A stretch of DNA of 64,000 nucleotides from Methanoregula sp. Lineage in GTDB: Archaea; Halobacteriota; Methanomicrobia; Methanomicrobiales; Methanospirillaceae. The stretch is from positions 1,639,288 through 1,703,287 of the forward strand of contig CP112999.1 of the NCBI GenBank assembly GCA_026625165.1. The letters are read 5' to 3'. Of the stretch, positions 37,022 to 50,598 are shown piece by piece. The notes below the pieces were generated by a model, which saw only the letters and a list, made by a program, of their open reading frames with translations, did not search any database and was not told the origin of the DNA. The translations under genes and the position numbers were made by a program. Numbering within the stretch: position 1 is the first letter of the stretch; each line of letters begins with the position of its first letter.

Positions 37022-37420
37022 ATGAAATGTCCCGCACTAACCAGTATCTCTCCTGATATCCTCAAGGAGATCCGGGCAGGACGCCCCCGCACGCTTGAGC
37101 TCCAGAGCACTCATAATATCGTCACGGTCGCAAATATCATTCCAGGTCCAGAGACCCATCTCTTTATGACCTCTATTGACATGGAAGACCTTGCCCCAGG
37201 GGATACCGGGATATGCGTGTATGTGCTCTCGGTCAATATCACGATGAAACGAATTGTGGAGTTTGTGCACGGCCTGCATTATGAGGAGAGGGAAAGGACA
37301 TCTGCACGTGTTCAGGTAAAATATTGCGCTTCATCGGTCGTCAAGGAAGTGTATCATGAGGGGATATGCCAGGCAACCGAGGTTGAGGTGCTCAAGTCCT
37401 CATGTTATCATGCCGGATAA
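37022..37420 (+). CDS. Hypothetical protein
   Basis: 132-aa ORF that abuts the PAC2 gene stop. There is no family recognition. Confidence 0.35.
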   Translation: MKCPALTSISPDILKEIRAGRPRTLELQSTHNIVTVANIIPGPETHLFMTSIDMEDLAPGDTGICVYVLSVNITMKRIVEFVHGLHYEERERTSARVQVKYCASSVVKEVYHEGICQATEVEVLKSSCYHAG

Positions 37421-37476
37421 GGCAGAATCTCATCTTTGAGAGATTTCAGGCTATAAAAGACAGGGTTGTGAGTGCC

Positions 37477-37770
37477 ATGACAGAAAAATCAACAGAAAAA
37501 AAAGCAAAAGACGGGGACGACTTGTTTACAAAATTGCTGATACTGAGTATAATGTTGTTTGGGTGTTGCCTTGCCCTTTACAGTGTATATATGGTCGTGA
37601 GGCATGTCGATAATTTTTATTACATCGTCCTCAATCTGATTATGTTCGGGTTCGGCTTTGCTGCAATCTGGTTCGGGATCTCGCATTTTGATATCAAGAG
37701 AACAGAAGATAAAATCCAGAAAATTCACGAGAAAGCAGACAGGATCAACAGGATTCTCCAACGCAAGTAA
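37477..37770 (+). CDS. Hypothetical small membrane protein (2 transmembrane helices plus a C-terminal helix)
   Basis: 97 aa from the ATG at 37477, with hydrophobic segments LLILSIMLFGCCLALYSVYMVV and IVLNLIMFGFGFAAIWFGI. Confidence 0.4.
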   Translation: MTEKSTEKKAKDGDDLFTKLLILSIMLFGCCLALYSVYMVVRHVDNFYYIVLNLIMFGFGFAAIWFGISHFDIKRTEDKIQKIHEKADRINRILQRK

Positions 37771-37874
37771 TCCCTTTCTTCCCCCATTATCGCTTCATGA
37801 TACAATATCGTAACAGGACAAGGCATCCCATGACACATATTAATTATCCTGCAGTACGTATGTAATAGGCGTCG

Positions 37875-37949
37875 GGGCTTGTGGCTTAGCTTGGACATAG
37901 CGCCGGGCTTCTAACCCGGATGTCGGGGGTTCAAATCCCCCCAGGCCCG
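37875..37949 (+). tRNA. tRNA-Arg (anticodon UCU)
   Basis: Hand-folded cloverleaf: acceptor GGGCTTG/CAGGCCC, anticodon stem CCGGG/CCCGG with loop CTTCTAA, T arm GGGGG-TTCAAAT-CCCCC, discriminator G. No CCA is encoded. Confidence 0.9.
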
Positions 37950-37952
37950 CTC

Positions 37953-37959
37953 TTTTTTT
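37953..37959 (+). terminator. Oligo-T terminator after tRNA-Arg
   Basis: A T7 run begins 4 nt after the tRNA 3' end. Confidence 0.4.
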
Positions 37960-38134
37960 CTCTGACAAAGAGAGTTGCGTTTCTTTTACTATAATTACTT
38001 TTTAGAACATCTCCCCGGGAGGGAAAAACCGACAAGAAGTGATATCACAAATATGATGTCGCAAATACAGCTGCAAATAATGACAATGGTTGAGGAGATC
38101 TATTATTGCGAAATAATGAAAATTATTAAAAAAA

Positions 38135-38599
38135 TTACTGGGCAGCCTGCTCTTCCATCATAGGCTTCTGCAGGATCTGCACGTCCATGATGTTGTGCTG
38201 GCGCAATGCGAGCTTTTTTGCTTTGAAAATATTTTTTCCGTCCTTGCCAATCGCAATACCCCGGTCCTCGTCCCGGACATTGACCTGGACGGTCTGCTCC
38301 CCGGGTTCGCCTTCAAACATCATAGAAGTGACCTGTGCCGGTAAGAAGCAGTTTTTAATGAACTGCTCGGGATTGCTGTTGTATTCGACAACCTCAATCT
38401 TCTTCCCCATCACTTCTGAAGCTTTCTTGATGCTGGTGCCTTTCTTCCCTATCGCAAGCCCCATGTCCCCGGGGTTGACGACGAAAATTAACCTGCCGTT
38501 GCGTTCATCTATGACGCAGTCCCGGCTTCCTGCACCTGTCAGGCTCTCGAACTGGGAGATCAGGCGCATGCTGTCTTCGGTAAGTTTTACTTCAGGCAT
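38135..38599 (-). CDS. nusA: Archaeal NusA-like transcription termination/antitermination factor (two KH domains)
   Basis: 154 aa with GLAIGKKGTSIKK and GIAIGKDGKNIFK KH motifs. It sits at the conserved position after L30e. Confidence 0.85.
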   Translation of the reverse strand: MPEVKLTEDSMRLISQFESLTGAGSRDCVIDERNGRLIFVVNPGDMGLAIGKKGTSIKKASEVMGKKIEVVEYNSNPEQFIKNCFLPAQVTSMMFEGEPGEQTVQVNVRDEDRGIAIGKDGKNIFKAKKLALRQHNIMDVQILQKPMMEEQAAQ

Positions 38600-38600
38600 A

Positions 38601-38891
38601 TCATGCCCTCTTGAGGGAAAGAATATCTGACTCTCCCGGGTCCACGACAGCGAGCGTACTTACCATGAAGGGCTTGCCGCATGCTTTACCGAGCGCGACA
38701 CTCGTACCCTCAAACGTGTGGATGAAAATGTTTTCGTAACTTTTCAGCTGGGTTCTGAATTTCTCCGGGCAGTTCTGTGCGACGACAATGATCTGCGCTT
38801 TGCCATCCTGGATGCATTTCTGGGTTTTATCCTGGCCTAATATGACGTTTCCGGTTTTTATCGCTCTGCGTAATGAAGCATTAAAATCCAT
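38601..38891 (-). CDS. rpl30e: 50S ribosomal protein L30e
   Basis: 96 aa (LRRAIKTGNVILG...IIVAQNCP) at the conserved position after rpoA2. Confidence 0.85.
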   Translation of the reverse strand: MDFNASLRRAIKTGNVILGQDKTQKCIQDGKAQIIVVAQNCPEKFRTQLKSYENIFIHTFEGTSVALGKACGKPFMVSTLAVVDPGESDILSLKRA

Positions 38892-38902
38892 TTGTAATTC
38901 AC

Positions 38903-42711
<3,809 letters not shown>

Positions 42712-42724
42712 GGCACACCTCGTT

Positions 42725-44539
42725 TCAGACAACGTCCTCAAGTTTCAGTCGTGGGGCGATCCCCATGCTCTTCATCTCGTCAAGCAGGAGCTTGAACGCA
42801 TAGCTCATCTCTACAGGATAGATATCGGTCTCATTGCCGCACGCAAGGCATCGGGTCATGTTGCGCTTGCGATCAAGCATTGCAACCATCCCGCAGTGTG
42901 CGCAGACATACTCCATCACCTTGTCGGACTCGTCAAGCAGGCGCTCTTTTAGCGCCATTGCTGCACCATGTCCGATCATGACATCCCGTTCCATTTCACC
43001 GAACCTCAGGCCCCCTTCTCGTGCCCTGCCCTCCGTGGGCTGGCGGGTGAGCACCTGCACCGGCCCGCGGGAGCGTGCATGCATCTTGGAGGATACCATG
43101 TGGTACAGTTTCTGGTAATAGATTACTCCGATGTAGATATCAGCGGAGAATGGTTTTCCGGTGATGCCGTCATACATCACCTCTCTCCCGGTATGGGAGA
43201 ACCCGATCTTTTTAAGCGACTGCCGGATTGTCCCCTCCAGCTCGCCGCCGAAAGCGGTCCCGTTGATCCGACGCCCCTCGAGCGCCCCTACCTTGCCGCC
43301 AAGCATCTCGAGCATATGCCCGATTGTCATCCGGCTCGGGATCGCATGGGGGTTGATGATCAGGTCGGGTACCATGCCACTCTCGGTAAAGGGCATGTCT
43401 TCCTGCTGGGAGATCAGGCCTACCACGCCTTTCTGCCCGTGCCGGGAGGCAAACTTGTCCCCGACTTCGGGCACACGAAGGTCACGGGTCCGGACTTTCA
43501 CGAGGCGCGAGCTGTTCTCGCCTTCAGTGATAATGACCGTGTCAACGATGCCGTGCTCGTTGCTGCGCATCGTTACCGAGGTGTCACGGCGTTTTTCTAC
43601 CGTGATCAGGTCGCTTGTGGGCTCTTCGAGAAACCGTGGTGGGGAAGTCTTGCCGATAAGTACATCCTTTTCTGCAACGATGGTCTCGGGGTTGATCACA
43701 CCGTCCTCATCGAGATTCTTGTAAGCCTCGGAGCCATGTGCGCCGCTTACGTCCTCATCGGGGATCTGGATCCGGTCTACCTGCCCGCCGGGATACCGGC
43801 GCTCCTCGCCCTCGTAGGTGCGGAAGAAGTGCGAGCGGCCAAGACCGCGGTCAATTGAAGCCTTATTGAAGATCAACGCATCCTCTATATTGAAACCCTC
43901 GTAGCTTAAGATCGCCACCACAAAGTTCTGCCCGCCAGGACGGTCATCGGACCCGATCAGCTCCGAAGTCTGGGTATGGGTGAGCGGCTTTTGCACGTAA
44001 TGGAGCAGGTGCCCCCTAGTGTCAGGGCGGAGCTTCATGTTCGAGGCGCCAAAACCCAGCGCCTGCTTGACCATGCCTGCACCCATTGTGACACGGGGGC
44101 TTGCATTGTGTTCGGGAAAGGGCACGTGTGCCGCACCGATACCAAGTATGAGGGAAGGATCGATCTCAAGGTGGGTGTGTTCGGGCGTGACGTTCTCGGG
44201 ATTCATCGCGATAAAAAGGTCTTCTTCCTCTTCTGCATCGATAAACTCAAGCATCCCGTGCCGGACAAAGTGGTCGAATTCAATTTCATGGTTTGAGAGC
44301 TTTTCCAGTTCACCTGCGGTCATCTGGGGTTTGCCGTTTTTTAAGACAATAAGCGGGCGGCGGGCCCGGCCCCGGTCAGTCAGGATCACGACATCGCCGT
44401 TATATTCCTTGAACGAGACATTCACTTCCGTCGAGAGGACCCCCTGCCGGCGCATACCCCGTATATTTTCGACAAGCCCCTTTCCGTCTTCGGCGAGCCC
44501 GATCAGCGCACCGTCAACAAATACGCGCGACTTTTTCAT
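42725..44539 (-). CDS. rpoB1: DNA-directed RNA polymerase subunit B'
   Basis: 604 aa with the C-terminal half of the beta-like subunit ([23 protein letters not shown]) and a C-terminal zinc ribbon (CAHCG...CLACG). Confidence 0.95.
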   Translation of the reverse strand: MKKSRVFVDGALIGLAEDGKGLVENIRGMRRQGVLSTEVNVSFKEYNGDVVILTDRGRARRPLIVLKNGKPQMTAGELEKLSNHEIEFDHFVRHGMLEFIDAEEEEDLFIAMNPENVTPEHTHLEIDPSLILGIGAAHVPFPEHNASPRVTMGAGMVKQALGFGASNMKLRPDTRGHLLHYVQKPLTHTQTSELIGSDDRPGGQNFVVAILSYEGFNIEDALIFNKASIDRGLGRSHFFRTYEGEERRYPGGQVDRIQIPDEDVSGAHGSEAYKNLDEDGVINPETIVAEKDVLIGKTSPPRFLEEPTSDLITVEKRRDTSVTMRSNEHGIVDTVIITEGENSSRLVKVRTRDLRVPEVGDKFASRHGQKGVVGLISQQEDMPFTESGMVPDLIINPHAIPSRMTIGHMLEMLGGKVGALEGRRINGTAFGGELEGTIRQSLKKIGFSHTGREVMYDGITGKPFSADIYIGVIYYQKLYHMVSSKMHARSRGPVQVLTRQPTEGRAREGGLRFGEMERDVMIGHGAAMALKERLLDESDKVMEYVCAHCGMVAMLDRKRNMTRCLACGNETDIYPVEMSYAFKLLLDEMKSMGIAPRLKLEDVV

Positions 44540-46101
44540 CGGACTTCACCCCGTATTTTTTCAACACCAAGGGAGTGGAGTATCCGCATCACTTCTTCTT
44601 CGTGGTCAATGCCCTTGCTTATCTCAACCATCTGGGCAAAGTTTTTCACAAGACCACAATTCGGCCCTTCAGGAGTCTCGCTCGGGCAGATCCTGCCCCA
44701 CTGGGTCGGGTGCAGGTCACGCGCCTCGAAATGCGGCTGAGAACGCGACAGCGGGGAGATGACACGGCGCAGGTGGGAAAGCACGCTCATATGGTCAACG
44801 CGGTCGAGCAGCTGGGAGACCCCGGTCCTCCCTCCAACCCAGTTGCCGGTAGCCAGAGGGTGAAGCAGGCGCTCGGTCAGCACATCAGCTCGTACGGCTG
44901 TAGCAATTGAAAGGTCACGGTGGCGCATGCTTGCCCGTTCAAGCTGGTATTTGATGTCCCGGGTCAGCCGGTTTAATGAAATTCTGAACAGGTCCTCCAT
45001 CAGGTCACCCGCAAGCTTCAGGCGCTTGTTGGAGTAATGGTCCTTGTCATCGATCCGGCGCTTATTGAGAACAAGGTCAAAGCAGGCTTCCGCCATGCGT
45101 CCGAGGAAATGCCCTTTTGCAAGCCGTTCGCTTAAGATCGCTTCGATGTATCCTTCATCTCCCTCTTTGAGGCTTCCATGCTGGTAGTTAAGGTGAGGCA
45201 GCAGGTAATTGTCCAGGACAAATTCAGCCCGCTTGCGCTGGTAGTCCTTGGTCTGGTTCGGGGCGAGTTTCTTTCCTACGTACATGATGCCGCCGTCTAC
45301 TGAATCACACTCGCTCTCCTCGAGGTTCTGCATCATGAACGTGAGTATCTCCTCATCCGTGGAGACTGCGTTCACGACAGCCTGGTCGTTTGTCATTCCA
45401 AGTGCCCTCATGAGGTCGACAAATTTCAGGTGCCCGGCAACCGAAGGGAATGAGACTTCGAGCAGGTTCTTTTTGTTCCGCTCGACTACAACGAGGGCCC
45501 GGTACCCGCGGAACTGGGAGAACACCTTTGCCACGTAGATGCGTTCGTTGTACCGCTCTGTGAACTCGGTCATGATCTTGTTGGAGGCGAGATCCTCAAG
45601 CGTCATTAACACCCGCTCGGTCCCGTTTACGATGAAATAACCACCGGGATCAAACGCGTCCTCTCCGTGGATTATCCGCTCATTATCGTTCATGCCATAG
45701 AGGTTACAGGATGCCGAGCCAACCATGATCGGCAACTGACCGATGGTGGTGATGACCGGTTCCTGCCGGTCACTGCCGTGGACAAGGGTGAGACCGAGCT
45801 GTATTGGCGCAGCGTATGTCAGGTTCCGGAGCCGGGCCTCGCTCGGGTACAGTTCCCCCTGCGATCCATCCGCTTCCCGGACAAGAGGTTTTTTCACCTC
45901 GATTGTGCCAAGCTCAACCCATACCGGCTCATTGTTTTTGCCGCGGTTCTCGATATCCGTCTCGATGACCCGCTGTTCATCCACGACCTTCTGGAGATTG
46001 TGGGTTAAGAAATGATTATAGGAGTCAAGCTGGTGCCGCGCAACATGCTCCCGTGAAAAATATGCCCGTGATAAAATGCTTCTTTCAATCAGAACGATCA
46101 A
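44536..46101 (-). CDS. rpoB2: DNA-directed RNA polymerase subunit B''
   Basis: 521 aa with the N-terminal half of the beta-like subunit ([34 protein letters not shown]). It appears to start at a TTG, with no nearby in-frame ATG, and overlaps rpoB1 by 4 nt. Confidence 0.95.
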   Translation of the reverse strand: MIVLIERSILSRAYFSREHVARHQLDSYNHFLTHNLQKVVDEQRVIETDIENRGKNNEPVWVELGTIEVKKPLVREADGSQGELYPSEARLRNLTYAAPIQLGLTLVHGSDRQEPVITTIGQLPIMVGSASCNLYGMNDNERIIHGEDAFDPGGYFIVNGTERVLMTLEDLASNKIMTEFTERYNERIYVAKVFSQFRGYRALVVVERNKKNLLEVSFPSVAGHLKFVDLMRALGMTNDQAVVNAVSTDEEILTFMMQNLEESECDSVDGGIMYVGKKLAPNQTKDYQRKRAEFVLDNYLLPHLNYQHGSLKEGDEGYIEAILSERLAKGHFLGRMAEACFDLVLNKRRIDDKDHYSNKRLKLAGDLMEDLFRISLNRLTRDIKYQLERASMRHRDLSIATAVRADVLTERLLHPLATGNWVGGRTGVSQLLDRVDHMSVLSHLRRVISPLSRSQPHFEARDLHPTQWGRICPSETPEGPNCGLVKNFAQMVEISKGIDHEEEVMRILHSLGVEKIRGEVR

Positions 46102-46108
46102 CCCTGAA

Positions 46109-46360
46109 TTACTTTTTCGGTCTTCTGGTCACAAGACGGTACGATTCCGCCCTGCCCGCCGTGTGGCTGATTCTCACAATTCGGATGACGTCGTCAACTT
46201 GTGCGCCAATGGCTTTTACTGCAGGATCGTCATGGAAAATTTTTGGTAATTGTTCAGTTGTTATGGAGTAGTGGGAGAGCAGCTTTTTGACTTCCTCCTC
46301 ACTCATTATGATATGATCAGGCACCATGATATGGTTCAACACATTCAGTTTGGTGCTCAT
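46109..46360 (-). CDS. rpoH: DNA-directed RNA polymerase subunit H
   Basis: 83 aa ([20 protein letters not shown]...LPKI...DPAVK.IGA..GDVIRI.R.S.TAG), the first gene of the rpo operon. Confidence 0.9.
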   Translation of the reverse strand: MSTKLNVLNHIMVPDHIIMSEEEVKKLLSHYSITTEQLPKIFHDDPAVKAIGAQVDDVIRIVRISHTAGRAESYRLVTRRPKK

Positions 46361-46410
46361 AAAAAGACCCCCGTATCGATCATGTTTCCTCTCAAGACTG
46401 CATCACTTTG

Positions 46411-46434
46411 AAAAACCCCACGATTTATTCGTGG
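46411..46434 (-). terminator. Hairpin plus T5 downstream of tRNA-Lys
   Basis: On the minus strand, CCACGA-aataa-TCGTGG is followed by GGTTTTT immediately 3' of the tRNA. Confidence 0.35.
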
Positions 46435-46437
46435 CAA

Positions 46438-46511
46438 CGGGCCCGGAGGGATTTGAACCCCCGACCACCTGGTTAAAAGCCAGGCGCTCTACCGGACTGA
46501 GCTACGAGCCC
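46438..46511 (-). tRNA. tRNA-Lys (anticodon UUU)
   Basis: Hand-folded: GGGCTCG TA GCTC AGTCCGGT AGAGC G CCTGG CTTTTAA CCAGG TGGTC GGGGG TTCAAAT CCCTC CGGGCCC G. Confidence 0.9.
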
Positions 46512-46606
46512 CCAAGGTAAGACGTACAGCATTATTACAACGCAGGAAAAGTATATAAACGTTCTTCAAATAAATACAATAATTTAAGCAAAAGTAACGG
46601 GCAGGT

Positions 46607-47383
46607 TCAGAGATTGCTCGTGAACTGTTCGTTGATCGCTTTTAACCGTGCCTCGCTAATATCGACCTTTTCTTCGAGTTTTGCGATAGCGGCGCGGTCA
46701 GATTCAGAGACCTCTTTTCCCGGCACATCCATGCCGCTTGATGCACGAAGGACAGTGAGCAGGTTCTTGTCCACCTCAATATTTTTCCGGAGTGCGGAAT
46801 ATTCCTCAAGAGTCTTTTGGTCAAGCCCCGCATCCTTGCCAAGCAGCATTTCCATCGCGACGTCCTTGCGCCGTTCAAAGATATTTTCGATAGATTCGAG
46901 TAGTTGGGCAGGATTTACCGGTTTTGAGACAAAGTCATCGATGCTTAAGGAGTGCTCCTGTGCCTCATCTGCCGTGATCTTCTTCGCCGAGAACATGAGC
47001 ACGGGAATATTCTGGGTGGCAGGATTTTCTTTGATATGATCAAGCGTTTCCCAACCATCCATGGGTTCCATCATGATGTCAAGCAGGATAAGATCAGGTT
47101 TTGTTGTTTCAAGGAGGGCGAGGCACTCATCGCCACCATGGGCGGGAACCGGCAGGTAGCCCTTTCGCTTGAGGAGGGCAACAAGCCCATCAACAATATA
47201 GGGGCTGTCGTCTACGATCATGATGGAATTGTTCACCTGGATCTCCCTCTCGAGGTTTCCGGATTTCCGGAACAGCACCGCCACGCCATTGAAAATATTA
47301 CTAAGTACCGGCCACCGCAGCCTTGACCGTCCGCCATTTTTTCTATTATTAGGTGTTGTTGCAACAATTTCAACCTGTTGCAT
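46607..47383 (-). CDS. Response regulator (receiver domain plus helical HalX-like C-terminal domain), paralogue 2
   Basis: Receiver motifs are IVDDSP, DLILLDIMMEPMDG and SKP. The real start is probably nearer 47236 (GTG) or 47221 (ATG), because the receiver begins at ...SIMIVDD. Confidence 0.75.
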   Translation of the reverse strand: MQQVEIVATTPNNRKNGGRSRLRWPVLSNIFNGVAVLFRKSGNLEREIQVNNSIMIVDDSPYIVDGLVALLKRKGYLPVPAHGGDECLALLETTKPDLILLDIMMEPMDGWETLDHIKENPATQNIPVLMFSAKKITADEAQEHSLSIDDFVSKPVNPAQLLESIENIFERRKDVAMEMLLGKDAGLDQKTLEEYSALRKNIEVDKNLLTVLRASSGMDVPGKEVSESDRAAIAKLEEKVDISEARLKAINEQFTSNL

Positions 47384-48017
47384 CCTTGGACAGGGTGCCT
47401 GATAACTCGTCCTTTATCTGCTGGAGCCGGCTCTCCTGGAACTTGATATTGGTCTCCATGCTCTTGATCGCGCGGGATATCTCATCAGACACGCGCATTT
47501 TCACGTCATTGATATTATAAGTCGTTTCAAGGATCTTCAATAACCGTTTGTTCACATCAATGCCTTTACTCAGCCGAGCATATTCACTGACAACCTGGTC
47601 ATCAAACCCTGACTGGCGTGCAATATCCACATCTGACTTGATCCCTTGCCGTCGGTTGAGGACATGTTCGATCGCATCGTAGAGTTCACGGTGGGTGATG
47701 GGTTTTAACACGTAATCTTCAATATAGATACCGTACTCCTGCGCTTCTGCAGGGGTAAGCTGTTTTGCCGTAAGCATCAGGACGGGTATCTCCTTTGTTG
47801 AAGGGCTCTCCTTGATATGCTCAAGGGTCTCCCAGCCGTCCATGGGTTCCATCATGATATCCAGCAGGATGAGATCGGGGGTAACCGTTTTAAGGATTTC
47901 AAGGCACTCTTCCCCCCCATATGCAGCCACAGTTCGGTAACCGCCCCGCTCAAGCATCGTGACAAATACATCGACAATGAACGGGCTGTCGTCGACAACA
48001 AGAATCGTGTACATCAC
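47370..48017 (-). CDS. Response regulator (receiver domain plus helical HalX-like C-terminal domain), paralogue 1
   Basis: 215 aa with VVDDSP, DLILLDIMMEPMDG and LKP, followed by a C-terminal ~90-aa coiled/helical region. It overlaps the Roadblock gene by 4 nt. Confidence 0.8.
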   Translation of the reverse strand: MMYTILVVDDSPFIVDVFVTMLERGGYRTVAAYGGEECLEILKTVTPDLILLDIMMEPMDGWETLEHIKESPSTKEIPVLMLTAKQLTPAEAQEYGIYIEDYVLKPITHRELYDAIEHVLNRRQGIKSDVDIARQSGFDDQVVSEYARLSKGIDVNKRLLKILETTYNINDVKMRVSDEISRAIKSMETNIKFQESRLQQIKDELSGTLSKDATG

Positions 48018-48388
48018 ATCACCTCTCCAATATTCTTTGCTATCTTCAGGATCTGCTCATGAACTTTTGATGGATCTGCCCGGTTTGCGAGAATTACAGC
48101 GACAAGGAAGTTTTCCCCGGAACCCATCACCATAATGGACGAATCGGTTCCCCGGATTGTCACCGATTCCATTGTGTGCATTTTGATGATGTTTGCCGCA
48201 GATTCTGCAGATGCAAGGATGGTTGCGGTAAGTGCGCCAAACCATGGTTCGTTGAGATCACGATCGAACACTTTCCCTGCAACAATCCCATCCCTTGAGA
48301 CTACAGCACATGCCGCTACGCCATCGACCGCACGGATTTTGTCAATAAAACCGGAAATCTTGTCTTTCAACATGGCATCTGCACCCAA
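48014..48388 (-). CDS. Roadblock/LC7 (MglB-like) domain protein
   Basis: 124 aa with VDGVAACAVVSRDGIVAG...SVTIRGTDSSIMVMGSGENFLVAVIL, the Roadblock pattern. Confidence 0.8.
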   Translation of the reverse strand: MGADAMLKDKISGFIDKIRAVDGVAACAVVSRDGIVAGKVFDRDLNEPWFGALTATILASAESAANIIKMHTMESVTIRGTDSSIMVMGSGENFLVAVILANRADPSKVHEQILKIAKNIGEVM

Positions 48389-48732
48389 TAGATCATCCTT
48401 TGGTAATTGATAATAACTGTGGGAACCTTATATACATATCTTTTTAAACGGCGGCATTTTGAGGGGATTTTTTATAATCTTTTCAAAAAATGACGTTACA
48501 ACTAAAAAGATACGCTCTGTATTCGATAGCATGAAAAACCGACTGCGTATCCCCACCGGATAAGGATACTTCGTTAGTCCCGCTTATTTCTTATGGATTT
48601 TCTTAAAAGAAGGGTTTGAATATCATTAAATATTATTCAGATGACAGATTGTAAATTGCATCAGGATAAAATGGGCAGGGCAGGTTACGGTGGCAGGCTG
48701 GAACGGGTTGTACAGGATATCCCGGTGAGATC

Positions 48733-48948
48733 ATGGCGTATGAATCGTATATCCTCGTAATTTTCGGGATCGCGATATTTTTCCAGCAGTTCATCATGTA
48801 CCTGATGTACGTGAGGATCAAACAACTGCTGCTGGAACTGGATACTATAGAAGGGAAGATAAAGGTCAATGATAATGAACTGGAAAACCTGATGCAGCGG
48901 GTCGAGGAATTCAAAAACATCAATTACGGGGACGAATGGCAGAGATAA
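48733..48948 (+). CDS. Hypothetical small membrane/coiled-coil protein
   Basis: 71 aa with an N-terminal transmembrane helix (YILVIFGIAIFFQQFIMYLMYV) followed by a charged helix. There is no family recognition. Confidence 0.35.
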   Translation: MAYESYILVIFGIAIFFQQFIMYLMYVRIKQLLLELDTIEGKIKVNDNELENLMQRVEEFKNINYGDEWQR

Positions 48949-49011
48949 CCCTTAATAAAAACGCTATTCATGATAAGATACATAAGCATTCTGCACGAAT
49001 AGTATGAGAGC

Positions 49012-49085
49012 GGGGCCATAGGGTAGCCTGGCCATCCTAGGAGACTGGGGGTCTTCTGACCTGCGTTCAAATCGCAGTGGCCCCA
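49012..49085 (+). tRNA. tRNA-Pro (anticodon GGG)
   Basis: Hand-folded: acceptor GGGGCCA/TGGCCCC, anticodon stem GGAGA/TCTTC with loop CTGGGGG, T arm CTGCG-TTCAAAT-CGCAG, discriminator A. The variable loop appears to be 4 nt. Confidence 0.85.
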
Positions 49086-49088
49086 TCA

Positions 49089-49095
49089 TTTTTTT
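49089..49095 (+). terminator. Oligo-T terminator after tRNA-Pro
   Basis: A T7 run begins 4 nt after the tRNA 3' end. Confidence 0.4.
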
Positions 49096-49110
49096 CTATT
49101 GCGGGGGAAT

Positions 49111-49971
49111 ATGAGACTCACCGATATATGCATCGATTGCCTTCTTTCCCGGGTGCAGATGGAGTGTTCGCTTGCCGGGGCTTCACCCGAACTTTCGTCC
49201 GGGATCCGGAACGAATGCAGGCAGATCCTCTCTGACCTCCGGCATTCCGGGCTCCTGCATCCCCAGATCGCCAGCTGCATCCACCGGCATGCCTGCCGGA
49301 GGGTGGGAAATACAGACCCGTTCCTCATGCTCAAGGCAGAGGGCAACCGGCAGGCGCTTGAAGTCTGCCGCGCGAAACGGGCAAATCTTCTGTCGTTCCG
49401 AGACCGGGTCATTGCCAGTGTGATCTCAAACACCTTCGATTACGGTGTGCACGGGCATGAGGTCAGCAGGAATTTTCCGGCATTCTTTGACCGTGAATTT
49501 CCAAAAGGCCTCGCAGTCGATGATACCGACCGTATCCTTCCCATGGCAGAACGGGTTGTATACATAACTGACAACTGCGGCGAGATCGTGTTCGACCGGC
49601 TCGTGGTGGAATACCTGCATGAGCACGGCTCCCACATCACGCTCGCTGTCCGGGACGCCCCGATCCTCAACGACGCCACAATGGAGGATGCACTCGCACT
49701 GAAGTTCGACCGGATCGTGGACTGCCTGACGACCACGGGCGGCGGGGCAGAGATCGGGCTCGACCGGTACAAGATGCCCGCTGTTCTTATGGATGCCATC
49801 GACCGATGCACCATCATCATCGCGAAAGGGATGGCAAACTATGAGTCCCTGTCGATGTACAATGATCTTCCCCCCATCGCCTACCTGATGGCAGTGAAAT
49901 GCAAGCCGGTTGCAGACGATGTGGGGCTGCATGTCGGGGCGAAAATTGCCATGCTGCGAAATCAGCATTAA
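49111..49971 (+). CDS. DUF89 / ARMT1-like damage-control phosphatase family protein
   Basis: The motifs ITDNCGEIVFD and IIAKGMANYESL are typical of DUF89. The ATG at 49111 is preferred over the TTG at 49099. Confidence 0.8.
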   Translation: MRLTDICIDCLLSRVQMECSLAGASPELSSGIRNECRQILSDLRHSGLLHPQIASCIHRHACRRVGNTDPFLMLKAEGNRQALEVCRAKRANLLSFRDRVIASVISNTFDYGVHGHEVSRNFPAFFDREFPKGLAVDDTDRILPMAERVVYITDNCGEIVFDRLVVEYLHEHGSHITLAVRDAPILNDATMEDALALKFDRIVDCLTTTGGGAEIGLDRYKMPAVLMDAIDRCTIIIAKGMANYESLSMYNDLPPIAYLMAVKCKPVADDVGLHVGAKIAMLRNQH

Positions 49972-50139
49972 TAAAATTTTTTTGAACCCTCAGCTGGTCT
50001 GCCTGATTAATCGCGGTAAGACAAAGAAACGGGTGTTTTTCCCTTCCCTTTTAATAATATCTCCCTGCACAGCAACCTGTTCTCTATCCCCTGCTGTTTT
50101 ATCCCATATCCTTTTGAGCAGAAAGACAAATCTGTGATC

Positions 50140-50598
50140 ATGATACCGCTTGATGGAATGGCGCTCGGGTGGCTGCTCATAGTCATGGGCGCCGTACTCC
50201 TCTTAATCGAGGTGCACAGCCCGGGCTTTTTTGCCACAGTGCCGGCGACCGTGATGATTGCGCTCGGCATCATGGTCCTTTTAGGGATCGATATCTACAA
50301 CTCCGGCTGGGGTGCAATTGCCGGAGTTACCGCTGCAATCGTTGCCGGGGCGGTTACGGTCTATGCTTACGGCAGGATGACTCCCAACGAAAGCCCGACG
50401 ACCGTCAGCCGAGACTCCCTCGTCGGCAGGGAGGGGATCGTGATAAAAGAGGTCGATCCGAAAAGCCTGAACGGCAAGGTCACGGTCAGCAGTGCTGACT
50501 GGAGCGCCCACTCAACCGGTGCAACCATCCTGAAAGGTAAAAAAGTGCGGGTCGTCAGTTCCGAAGGTGTTCATATCGTAGTAGAGGAGGTTACATAA
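50140..50598 (+). CDS. nfeD: NfeD-family membrane protein
   Basis: Transmembrane helices are followed by a C-terminal OB-fold (GREGIVIKEV...GKVTVSSADWSA...KVRVVSSEGVHIVVEEV). It abuts the SPFH gene. Confidence 0.8.
   Translation: MIPLDGMALGWLLIVMGAVLLLIEVHSPGFFATVPATVMIALGIMVLLGIDIYNSGWGAIAGVTAAIVAGAVTVYAYGRMTPNESPTTVSRDSLVGREGIVIKEVDPKSLNGKVTVSSADWSAHSTGATILKGKKVRVVSSEGVHIVVEEVT

Noticed and set aside
42968-44762. Long plus-strand ORFs (296, 187 and 247 aa) opposite rpoB1.
   Set aside because: They are antisense to a highly conserved gene and have no motifs. They are typical shadow ORFs.
48389-48732. A 344-nt non-coding gap upstream of the Roadblock/response-regulator operon, considered as a possible structured RNA such as 7S or RNase P RNA.
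   Set aside because: It is AT-rich with no extended GC-rich helices or conserved SRP/RNase P motifs. It is more consistent with divergent promoter DNA.
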